Position numbers and translations under genes: made by a program | Shown: piece after piece, positions 1 through 12,700 of the stretch | Layout: each line of letters opens with the position of its first letter | How positions within the stretch are numbered: position 1 is the first letter of the stretch | Notes under the pieces: model-generated | What the model was told of the DNA's origin: nothing | The model's input: the letters and a program-made list of their open reading frames with translations, nothing else | Databases searched by the model: none | DNA from: Malacoraja senta | Taxonomy: Eukaryota | Assembly (NCBI GenBank): GCA_038087875.1 | Contig: CM075984.1 | Location: 48,174,001 to 48,238,000 of the forward strand | Direction: 5' to 3' | Length of the DNA stretch: 64,000 nt

Positions 1-617
1 CACTTTAAAAAAAAATTACATTTAGTATTTGTTTTTTCCCATCTGTAGTGTAATTTTAAGATTTTTTCCGTTTCTGGTACATTTTTCAAAAGTAAAACCA
101 TTTGCTTCGTCCGGAGGTCTAATATTGGGCAGGAACCATGAAAAAATTTGTTTTTCTAAGATTTTGTGCGCCTATTTAATCGGAGAGTGACGTAGACTGG
201 CTGGAATATACGTCGTAATGTACCGATTTTTTTTGCATTTGATCAAAGATTGTAAATCCGTTATTTTAAATAAATGTCGTACCCTGTAGCTAAATGTTGT
301 TATTGTGCAAACTGTTCTGGATGATTTTATACCTTGCCTTTAAACGTCATAATGTGGTATTCGATTGCAGAAAAGTAAAGTACATTCTAATCTGATTAAA
401 ATTTCTGTAAATTTATATTTTAGTAATATTTTTTTCTGAAGACTTTAAGAACAAAAGCTTTCGTTTCATCTCTAATATCCCCCCCCCCCACCCACCCCCA
501 AATTCCGTCTACGTGAGTTTGCGTTTTGAAAGGGGAAGCAATTGAATGCCCGTGAAGGGATGACTTATTTTGTATTATTTTCTCCTTTCTTTAGCAATTT
601 ATAGTCTAGGTTATACC

Positions 618-759
618 ATGCCTGCCAAAATGAAATATTCCACAGCAAAGCAAAACGCAAAACTTGCTCCGGAGGGACCAGAGCCCTTGGATGCGTCTGA
701 CAACGGAATGGATATCCAACAAAAGGCAACCACATCAAATGTAGATGAAGTTAGAATAG
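618..759 (+). CDS. SMC4: SMC4 coding exon 1 (MPAKMK...)
   Basis: ACCATG at 618 after a pyrimidine tract/AG; donor AG|GTACAT gives phase 1, matching the next exon. Confidence 0.8.
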
Positions 760-3700
760 GTACATGAGTTCACTTTCTTCGTTTATGCGGGATATTTTTT
801 GTGTATGTAAGTCATTCGTTGTTCAAAAGAACGGATTTCACTTCTTGGAATATTTTAAATCAACTAAAGTTTGCGGTTATCGTTGTCTTATAATTGTTTG
901 AAAATTGTGATCTACCGCCGGAAAGATTGTTAAACAGGTTGCCGATTCCATTTATTTTTCCTTTGAAGGAATTTGATATCGTACTGTAAATGGACTCGAT
1001 CTATGTTTATTTGGTTCTAATCGATGTAGCTAATTTATGTAGAACGAGATAAACAGCCGTCGTCAACTTAAGTTTGTGATGTTAATTTAACTTAATAATA
1101 TTCACCATTGGAAATAATTACTTGTTCCTGGAAAGTTTCAGCTGCCTTTTTTGACGGTATTCAACATAGACGTGTGCGTTATAATAATCGAGGTTTACCC
1201 TGATGATGATTTATTCCTTTTCCAAATTGTGCAATGAATGACTTTTATTTGACAGTTCTCTTCTCCCCCACCCCCCTTCCCGTAGACTGCTGCGCTAAGG
1301 GGTTAGAGTTTGCTTTTCATTGTGTGCCTTTTTTCCTTTGCGCTAGTTGTACAGTACATTAATTGTGGGGGAGGGGTTGACTTTCTGTAGACTAGAATAC
1401 AAAACTGCGTTCGGGAGTTGAAGATTATGTGGAAGATTTTACAAATTAAAAGGAGGGATACCTTATATGCTTGGTTTTTTAATGTTTTTTTAACGTTTCA
1501 ATGTCAGCAGTTGGTTTTAAATTCGTTTTCGTAGATCGTTGCAGCTACTCAGCGAGTATTTGGCAAACGTACAAGATTCAATAGCAGCACTAAACTAGTG
1601 CAAGTTGGACAGTTACTAACTATTATTGACCTGCCGTATATTTTATATTCAGTTTTCAAATGAATACAAAAGTTCTTGTCATATGTCTTCTGACAGTGTG
1701 ATGGATTTAAATGCAGATGTAAAACATCGTTCACAGATCCTACCCCACCTTCTTCCCCCCACTCCCCACTCTTTCACCAAAATCAAGGAGAGTTTTGACC
1801 ATATACTCAGATAGTTTGTTGATCTTTTTTTAAGTTATCCTTTGTTTCACCTTTCAAGCCTATCATCCACAGTAATGATTTTAGTGAGATTGGTGTGAGA
1901 GATTTTTAGGCAAAAATATTATTTAAACATTTTGATTTAATTTTTCTAAAGTAGCAATTTACATTTGGTGCTTGCTATTTTGTCAGAAGTAAATCTTTAA
2001 ACTATACAATCTTTAAACTATACTTTCCTTTTCTTCAGACAATAGTAGCTGCTGTAATTGACTATTAAATTAAATAAAACACTTCTTAATGTTTTAGGAA
2101 CTCTTCAGTGGTTTCCTTTAAAACAATGAAGTGCAAAGCTGATGCTAAATGAAATGTTATGGTTCCTTTTCCTTGACAGAATAGTATATGGTTTTGTTTT
2201 CCAATTTAGATGCTGTCTTAGACGCTGCAGTTGAACCAATAAATAATCAAAGCCTGGAAGAAATTTTAGCTGGCATTTCTCCTCCTCCACCCCCAGCAAT
2301 GACCAATGAACCTGGAGCTCCTCGTCTCATGATTACACATATAGTGAATCAAAATTTCAAATCATATGCTCAAGAACAAATTCTGGGTCCTTTTCACAAG
2401 GTAAAATAAAAATAAATATGTATCGAAGGGCCGAATGGCCTACTCCTCCACCTATTGTCTATTATTCTGTGAGTTCATCTTAAGAAATATATTTTTCATT
2501 TTTTTAACCTGTGGCTGAGAAACTATAGGTTGTGAAACATTTTGGGTGGAGATGTGAAACTAAAAAATGCTTGATCAGTTCCCCTAAATTTAGAATTGAT
2601 GTGAATTTAAGATACGGTGTCCTATGATTTTTTATTTTTTATTGAATTTCTTTTACCAAAAAAATGAAGTAAATAATATTTAATATCTTTGCTGTGAAAG
2701 GGAAATAATTTGAAGCTAATTGTGTGAGTGGAGGGCTGCCAGTAGAGCACATCACATGCTATGCTCACTAAACATGCTCAACATTAATAATAGTTATGAA
2801 AAATTACATGTAAAATACCTACAATTTTTTGTTACTTTTTTTTCTTTGCAGAGATTTTCTTGTATTATTGGACCAAATGGGAGTGGGAAATCAAATGTGA
2901 TTGATTCAATGCTGTTTGTTTTTGGGTACAGGGCCCAAAAAATTCGCTCCAAAAAATTGTCTGTACTCATTCACCATTCCGATGAACACAAAGACATTCA
3001 GAGCTGTACTGTTGAAGTTCACTTTCAAAAGATTATAGATAAGGTAATTAAATCAATTTTTAAAAATAAGCTAAAAATTGTTAATTTCCAACTTATTTTC
3101 ATTTATGCTGTTTAAAAGTTGAAGCACAGTACATTTTTTTAACTAAGGTCACTTCACTTTTTAATTTTCTGTGGTTGGGTTCTTGTAAAAGTGGAAGATG
3201 AAGTAGGTAATTAACTAATTGTCCTGGCTTTTTAAGCAAGGGTAAATTGTTGAATCTCTTAATTTGCTTTTTTTTTTTGTTTTCAATTGGCACAAGTGAA
3301 ATGTTACTGTAAGCAATAAAACATTTTTTTTACTTGTGCTCATTTAAGTACAGCAGGAATCTATAATGTCTGCTAAGAGAACTGAATTTTTCAAATAAAC
3401 CAGCTAATCACATTCCAGATTTTTCAATCAATTGACAAGTCAATGGACAATGCAAACAAAAGTCATAAATTTGAACAAATTTCTTGCAAAAACCTTTTTT
3501 TTTAATTGTTATACCCACATATGAATATTTTAACTGTAAATCTGTGATTTCTCAATATAACTAACAAATAGATATTTAATGCAGTGAAAATGACAGTTGA
3601 GGGTGAATTTTTCCTCCTTGTAAAATAAAAAAAGTTTTGGAGGAGATTTGGTGTTTCGCTGTTTAAAATTAGCTGCATTAAGCACAAAATACTTGCTTTT

Positions 3701-6700
3701 GGACATTGCTAGATGACAGATGTGCTGAGACTAAGTTGTATGACCAATAATTTTAACATTTAATTTCTAAAATTTATATTTAAGCACTCGAATGATTGTT
3801 CCATTCTATTGTCCTTTATTAATCCGATGTAATTGAAAGGTGATTGTCTTGTAGTTGGCTTTTGCACTGCTAACAAAAAACATAGTTGTTGAATATGCCA
3901 TATGCTGCAGCTTTGAGTTATTAAACTTTTTTTTTCAAAACTGCTTTTAATGAAAGGAGGGTGATGATTTTGAAGTTATTCCAAATAGCAAGTTCTACGT
4001 CTCAAGAACTGCCTACAAGGACAATTCTTCTGTTTACCATATTAATGGAAAGAAATCGACATTTAAAGATGTAGGAATATTGCTTCGCAGTCATGGAATC
4101 GATCTGGATCACAACAGGTTTTTGATTCTTCAGGTAGGTTTTTTCAGATTACCTTGAACTGTATTTACTTGCAATTAAAGTGTTCTTTCAAAGAAAAACA
4201 CAATGCACATTGAAGAAATAAAGATTGTGAAATGTTTTCCTTGTGCCCTTAAATTGTTGTAGCAGCACATCATGGTTTGCAGGGCTGCTTTCATAACTCA
4301 AACCATTATTTGCTGCTTTAGTGATTTATGGTTAAACCAGAAACAAAATGATTTCCAATGCAATGAATTGCTTTGGTTAACAACATTTCCTACATAATCC
4401 AAGAAATCTTTGGGGACACACATACATGAAATGCCAGTTACGCTTTAGCAGCACGTAAATATTGGCGTGGTAATAATCAAACCAAAAAACGCCAATATTA
4501 CTTGTGCTGCTGCAGCGTGATATGGTTTGGTCGCCACCAAAAATGTATTTGAAGAGATTAATTCCATTTTTTCCATGTTAACAATGAAAAGTTTGCTGTT
4601 GGAGGAAGTCTAGTTTGTGTGGAGCAAATTTTGTGTACACTGCTTGCTGAAATGTTTCTTTAAAAAAAAGTCCATTGTATTTCCAACGGAATATTAAAGA
4701 CAAACAAAACTTAACATTGCGTCCATCATAATTTCGTAAACTGAACAGTGACCAAGGATTAGTTAACAAGAGTAGTGAAAATTGTACCTTGTTCAACAAT
4801 GTTTTGTCACTGACCTTATCAAATGAACAGGAATAGATGTGAAAAGTTTTTTAAAATATTTTAATGGTTCAACATATAACCTTTTAAGCACTTCAGTTGC
4901 AGGTTTATCTGATACAAATGTCATATTTTACTTTACTGCCTTCATTCCATCAGTCTTGCTTTATATCTAGTAGGGTTTCTTATACAAGCATTGCTAATTT
5001 GCTTTGTATAGTGGATGGAAGAATCCCATTTTGTAAATTTTTAGAACAAATTGTGATCAAATGCTGAAATTACAACTGCAGAGAAATATAATTGTATACT
5101 AACAAAAATGATTTGTATCTGGTCTTAAAATTGAATCTGAAAGCCTAGGGAGAGATGTACATGTTAATTACTTATTACAGATAGTTTGATGTTCATACCT
5201 TACCTGCGATCATTGGAGATAATGTTAATAGCCTCAAGGTTGATTGGAAGTTACAGTGCTTAATTGAACTGAGCCACAAAATGGTCGAAATGTCAGTCTT
5301 ACACATGCATTATATTCTCTTCTGTAATGTAAAGTCAAAACAGTCAGGCCTAAAACCAGCATCAGTTAGGTTAAAATTGTCCCTGATGTAGAGAAAACTA
5401 CTGCATGTCCTAATATTTAGGAGAAATGCAAAGAACAGCAAGTGATTGAGGAAAAACAGATCTGCAAAATGGGAATTTGAGGAGATATGCAAGGATGATC
5501 TACATCAACACTGTCTTTAACTATAGTGAAAAACTGTGGGCAGCTATGTGAAAATAGATGAAGGAAATACAGTATCTCACTTGAAAATAAATAGCTGGCA
5601 TGTTGAATGATAATTTAGCAGTAATATTTGTGGGAAAAGTTGTCTACTGGGCCTGGAACAAAACCGGAATTTGAACTGGGGAAATTCTATAACCAAAGTA
5701 ATAGTGAGAATATCATGAACCAAAGAGCAACAGATCCCAATGATTTAATGGCTTTCAAATTAAGATTTTGAACAAAACAAAACAAAAAAACCTAGTTTTA
5801 AAACTCAAGTGATCTTACTTCAATAACTTATTTCAAATTAAAAAGTTCAATGATTCACTCTGTTATGTTATAATAGTGAAAGACGAAAACCAAGGAATTA
5901 TGGGCATGGAACATTAATAGACTGATTAAGGAGAAAATGAGAGGGATTTTTTTTCCTAGCTGCTCAATTTAAGCTAGCATTGATTTGTAGAGAATCAGTG
6001 ATGTCTGATAAAACAAGTTGTTTTTAAAAGATGATGGATAAAAGGGGCTTGCATAATAAATTTGTTAAGATATTTCACAAGAGACTGGTAGCTACACATG
6101 AGTTTATTATAAATGCACTTTCATTATTTGGGCAAGGAAATAGCCAAGGACAGAAAAATCTGAATACTGAACAAGTATCTGGTGATATGTGACTAGTGTT
6201 GTAGGCTGACACAGTTTACTATATACATTATGGACTTAGATGATATAAACAGAAAGTATACCAAAGGTGGAATTGGAGTACATGTGAGTAGAATAATTTG
6301 TTTAGCTGGAGAAGCTTTGACTGGACAGTGAGCAATTCGGCCCATTAAACTTTAAGAAGGACATGCTTGGGATAGAGCATGGGTTGACCAGTTTGATACC
6401 TGATCTTTCCCAGGATTAAGTTACAAAGATTTAATAACGTCGACTTGTGATCTCAGGAATTTAGATGGTTTGGAGGAATCAAAATGGTAGGTGGAGATAA
6501 GTCAAGTCTAGGAATAATGTTTTAGTTAGAGTTCTTTTCAGGAATGAAGTTAGGAAACACGTCTGCATTGGAGACTATGGCAGTAACTTTACTCTTCCGC
6601 AAACAAGAAATGAAGGCAAGGTTAGTTTCAAATAGAGATTAATAGATTTTTGTTAAATCACGGGTATTAAAAGATATCAGATGATGGTAACATGGAATTA

Positions 6701-9700
6701 GTGTGAAAATAGCTTTAGAAAACAGATCAGTCTTTGATTGAATGGCAATACAGGCTTAAATTCATCCATTGACCTGCTGACAACAATATGTCTGCATCCA
6801 ACAGGATTGATTTTTAAGCAAGAGAATCCTGTCCACCTACTATCGAGGAAAGTAAAGTTGTTCCACAGCCCAGGCCACTACCCAAACATCATTAAAGTTG
6901 ATTTTTGTATGATTTGGTTGATACATGAGACATGAGAAAATAAATGGTTATGACCAGTAGAGTACTATAACAATGGGAATATTTTAACAAGTGATTGAGT
7001 AAATGATGAAAAATCTATGTATGAATTTGGCAGAGACTAAAACTACACATCCGATTTATTACAAGGAAGTTTGTCATTAGGATGCAGTGAATTGGTGATT
7101 GACTGAATTAAGTGCTTTGTAATTGAATTGGAAAGAAATTGGTTGGTATGGAAGAATCTGGTTAATGCATTGTTAAAAGTAATTTTATACATGGCACAAA
7201 TGTGATAACTTACTTTGACTTATTAGTTGAGTTGTAACTAAATCTGTCAACCAGCAAAAAAATAAACACAGATGATGGAAATCTGAAATTAAACACAATC
7301 CTGGAAATACTCAACTGGTCAGCCAGCATCTGTTGAGAGAAACTTTCAGATTTATGACCTTTTCATGTGATGCTGTCTGGCGGTGTTTTAGCATTTTCTG
7401 TTTATTATTGTAGTACTGTGTGTATTTTATTTTGCCAAACTCAAATTGTATATTGTGAATTGTACAAAACATGAACAGTGCAAATTGAGCAAGGATACTG
7501 ACAGGATATGATTATATTAAATGTCTAAAAATTTCAGGCATCATTTTTCAAACTGTTTTTATTATTTTGAAAATATTAATAAGATGGAATGTATGCACAA
7601 ATATTGCAAAAAGTTGAGTTCTGCTTTTTGTAATATTTGTGCATACATTCCATCTTATATTTTCAAAATAATAAAAGCAGTTTGAGAATTGACACCTAAA
7701 AATAAAAAAAACGCTACCTCTGATCTTTAAGGGGGGGGGGGTGAGGAATTGAATCGAGATATGTTTGTGTGTCTCCATTTGGTGGTTAAAATATGGGAGT
7801 AAAGATTGTATTAAATGGGTGCCCTGCTGTAAGGTTTGAGGCCATCACAATTGAAGTGAAATAGCAGACAAATGGAAACTTGGATCAAGCAAATCTTGGA
7901 TCAATTTTATTCAATTGTCTTTGATTGCGATCTGGTTCATCACAATCAAGACAAGAAACACCACCAAATAAAAAGCAATTTAAATTTCATCAACTGACTT
8001 AACTAAAACTTACCAGTAAAAAGTTTTGATGACATAAAGTAAACTTCATCCTCCCCTTATTTTCTTTTTTGTTGAAATGGTCACAATGCAGGAGGAAGAT
8101 TTCTAAGTTAAAGGCTTTGAACACATTAAAGGCAAATGAACACTTCTCTACTATGTGCTTGGATAAATTGCTTGCTGATTTTAATCAGCATTTGGGCTCT
8201 GAAAGAAGACATCCATCCTTATCCAAGGAGGCATCATTTCTTTACCTTCTACCTGGTGCCGGGTTGGTTGACTGGTAGGCTTGTTAGTATGACGGTCACG
8301 GAGTTTCAGTGTTTGCCTTGGAAGAAGCCAGGCATGTTGTACACTGGTTTCCCCAGCGCTAAGAGGGAAGGAAAGTCGAACTCATCTGAATCCAATCTGT
8401 GTTTTTGGTTATACTTCAGTAGTAAATTCTCCTTTCAAATTCTTAAATTAAGATGAAAGTTGTTGATACTGAGTAGAAACTTTGAACACAGTACATACAG
8501 CTGTAGTTTCTGATTTAGGACATTTATTTTGTGCAAATTTCAAAATAAATCAGTTCCTGTCGGAGTTAACATAATTTGCAGTTGAGGGGAAGCAGGAGGA
8601 ACACACATCACAGGAGATAATGAGGCAAGAGCATTCAAGATGAGATGTAACACTTAAGATAATATTATTTTCTAGACTGTATACAATTTGCTTGGACTTG
8701 GTAAATCTTGCAAACTAGTCTCTGCGGAATCCTATTTTAGCATGGCCCTGTTTCACCGTGTTGATTCTTGATATTACTTTGATATTAGCATTTCTCTCAC
8801 CTACTGTAGGAGGTGTTCAATTACCCTAATTGAATGGCAAAACTAGAAAAGTGGCTCCACAGCTACTCGATTGTAGTTGCAGTTTTAATGCCGAATACCT
8901 GTGTTATTGACAATCGCATTGCCTGAGGTATTTTTCTGCATAGGTGCAACCATATTGTCGCTGGCCACAGGTCTCTAAACATTTAGCACTATTTAAGCAA
9001 GGGCATTCAAACAGTTCACATTTATTAGCATGAGGCTGACAATAATATTCAATGCCGAACAGCCAGCAAGACCTATACCAGGTGAGCGTTCTCACTTTTG
9101 AAGCTATAGGGTAAATGTAAAGTTTCATTGATTAAACCCACCCTGATTGGAGTTCGCATGATTCAGGTGGATGTTTTTTGCGTTCTGACTTTTTATTTAG
9201 TATACAATGTCAAAATTTGCATTGATGACTTGATTTCAGCTGCTGTGGTTAATAAAATAGTTCTTTGTTCATAAAACATTCAGCAGAAAAAGACAGAATA
9301 GAGCAGTAAAGCACATGAATCGGACCATCGGCCCATATGATGTATGCTGAACAAATTAAAATAATCTGTTCTGTCTGTACGTGATCCATTTCCCTCCATT
9401 CCCTACCTAGTCACATGCGTTATCTAAAAACACTATCATATGTACTTCCACTACCACCCTTTGTAAATTATTCCAGCAACCTACCACTCTGTAAATAACA
9501 TGCCCAGCACATTTCCTTTGCACATTCCACCTTGGGGGCTGCCCCAATTTTATGCTGGTCAGCTGAGACGCTGTACTGATGCTTTGCTTTTATTTATGTT
9601 CATTCAAAGGATGTAGGTTTCACAGGCTGTCGGCTTTTATTTACCCCTGAAGGTAATGGTGTGTCTTGAACTGCTGAGATCCTTGAGGTGTGGGTATGCC

Positions 9701-12700
9701 CACCATTCTGTTAAGGAGAATTTTCCTGGATTTTGATCTAGTGACAGTGAAGGAACAATGATATATTTCCAGGTTGGTGTGGTGTGGCTTAAAGAGAAGC
9801 CTTCGGGTGATAGTGTTCCCGTGCCTTTGCTGTCCTTGTCCTTCTAACTGGTTGAGATCTTTGGTTTGGAAGATGCTATCAAAGAAGTCTTGGTGAGTTG
9901 CAGTTCATTTTGTAGATGGTGTAAACTGCTGCTACTTTGCATCAGTGGTGGAGTGAGGGAATGGGTACAGATGCAGTGCTATCAACTGGGCAGCTGTGTC
10001 CACGGTGTGAAGCTCCTGTGGATCATTAATAAGTTTCTTAATTGGCAACAAATGTTTCTATTATTTGGAGTTTTTCTCTATAGGTTTTTATTATTACCTG
10101 CAGTATTCCTCTGACCCTCTGGGCAGCAAGCATTTTTTTCTTATGAAAGTAGTGATTTAGTACATTTTGTGTGTAATTATCACTAGGTTTGGTAAATGTC
10201 TAGTGCATTTGTTCTGCAGCCCTATGGCCTGCTTTTTTTTCTGTCATTGTGTTTCTGCTTGTTTACAAACTACATCATTTTCTGAGTGTGTTTTTATGTC
10301 AACATCGCTCTGTCAAGATATGCTGCAAAATTATGCCAGTTTGCTTTTTTTTTAGATTGAAATGGCTTTGGAAGACCATGTTTCAACATTACAGTTGGAC
10401 TGACTTTGACCCCAATGGGAGGGCAATATTGAGACTGCAGGGTTAGACCATTGTCCATTTTGCACATTAATTTCATTGTAAAGTACAGATAAAGTAGAAT
10501 AAAATGGATTGTTGGAGTAACTTAGGGGGGGGTCAAGCAGGATCTCTGTAGGACATGGATAGGCAACATTTCAAGGCCCTTCTTCAAACTGATTTTTTGT
10601 GACTCACTGTTCAGACTACTCTCATTTATTGTGTCCACTGTTAAGAGCTATGGACCATGAAGTGTACTTGGCTACTTTGACTACCAATTTCACAGCTGTA
10701 GATTCTATGACTTGAGGTTACCATTGACAATTTACATTTTGTTCAGGCACTGGTTCTGAAAATTCTAACTTTTGATGCATGGGTTGTCGTCTGGTTTGTC
10801 TGATGTGTGCCCTTTTCTTTTATGTAATTCAGTATGTTGGTGCAATTGACACAGGCATGTTCTGAGTTTACAAAATTCAATGAGGGGCCATGCATGAAAT
10901 CTTTCAATTGGCATCTTTATCCCAGGTACTTGTGTTCTGTTGCTGTTATTTGTATTTCCTTCTAAGAATTTAATATTTATTTTTGCACCCAACTTTGCAA
11001 ATTGGTGCTCTTTGGGTAAATGGCAATAGCAGGATCAATGATCAGAAAGATGCCAAGGACTACAAGATGGAAACTCCTGCGATGTTCCAGCAGCTCGATG
11101 GCAACATGAAAACGAACGTCTATTAAAATATAGCAAATAAAACATGCAGACTTTTAAGTTGGCTGAATAACTCTAGTTGTGCACTACATTTGGCAAAATT
11201 AATTTCAGACAATGTCCATTTTGGCATGCTTGTTGTGATCTATGTGTCATTGTTTAATAGACCTATCTTGCTTGCATATTTGGAAAGTCTTCATGTTGCA
11301 GGCATTATTAGTTGTGTGTTCTCATCAATTCACAAATTCAGTTGCATCCAGAAAGTTCTGAGTTCCCTTTATTTAGAAATAGAGATCTATTTTGTCTGCA
11401 GTTCTTTATTTTGGCAGAATGTATTATGACCATTTGTATTTTTACAATTAATTGCAACCTCTTGGAATTTTGTGTAAAATTGTGAACTTTGTAATCAAAT
11501 TCAAAAGTGAATAGATGTCTGTCTGAATTGTGGATTTAATTGTAGTTGTTAACAAACATAACAATGATTATAAAAGATACCAGGGAATTGGTACAGTAGC
11601 GCAGCTGGAAGAGCTGCTGCCTTACTGCGCCAGAGACCAGAATCGATCCTGATCTCTGGTATTGTCTGTGTGAAGTTTGCATGTTCTCCCTGTGACTGTG
11701 TAGGTTTCCTCCATGTGCTCTAGTTTCCTCCTATCTCATACGCTAAATATTTTCAGCTTGAACAGGTCCTGCATGGCAAATGCGAATGACGTTTGCTAAA
11801 ATATTGCCATTTACAGAAAAATGTTTGAAATTTAACGTGTTGACCGCCAAGATTCCAATAATTACGACAATGCAACTTGCTTAATAGAAACGATGCTAGC
11901 TCATGGGTTTTTTGTATATTGGGAGAGGAGCTTGTTTCCAGTCAGTCTGCTCTGTCGGTGAATTGAAAGAGCACGTGCTATTTGGTAAATTATGTCAATG
12001 TCGGTTTAGTTTAGAGATACTGCATGGAAACAGGCCTATCGGGTCCACACCGACCATTGATCACCATTTTAGCATCCACTCCCTACACGGGAAATTTTGT
12101 ACAGTCCAATTAAGCTACAAAACTGCACGCCTGGGATGTAGGCGGAAACTGGGGCACCTGGATGAAACAGACAGCACCTGAGATCAGGATTGATCCTGGG
12201 TCTCTGACACTGAGGTAGCAGCTCTTCAAGCTGCACCACCGTGTAGCCTTATTCTGTTGTTATTTTGTACGTGATTCTTGGGTGAAGCTTGATATGCGAC
12301 AAGAGTTTTGAATAATGATGTTTAGGCAATATTTACCAAGTTTAAGCATTTGTATATAGGGTGATTATTAAATGAGGTGAATTGCAGTTCTGATTTTATT
12401 ATTTATCCAAATTATAGTATGGATGATTACCAAAACCAGATGCCTCCTCCCACTAATCATTCCCACCTTTTTTTAAATAATGCTTAGAAATTGGTTGAAT
12501 TTGGTGATGCTGTCAAAGGTTGCAAATCATTCTTGCGCTGAAATTGATGCTCACTGCAATATCAGCTTGTACAGGATTGTTCACGAGAATGGTGAAAATT
12601 GGGCATGAGCTGTCATGCCACCTAAAGATCAGGGTAGCAGCTTAAGACTCACTGCTCCCCTACCCCCTGTTTTTAACTATTTTAATAAATGGTTTACATA

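Noticed and set aside
8069-8460. Possible cryptic or poison exon in the large SMC4 intron
   Set aside because: Only weak splice-site matches; cannot be supported without transcript or conservation data
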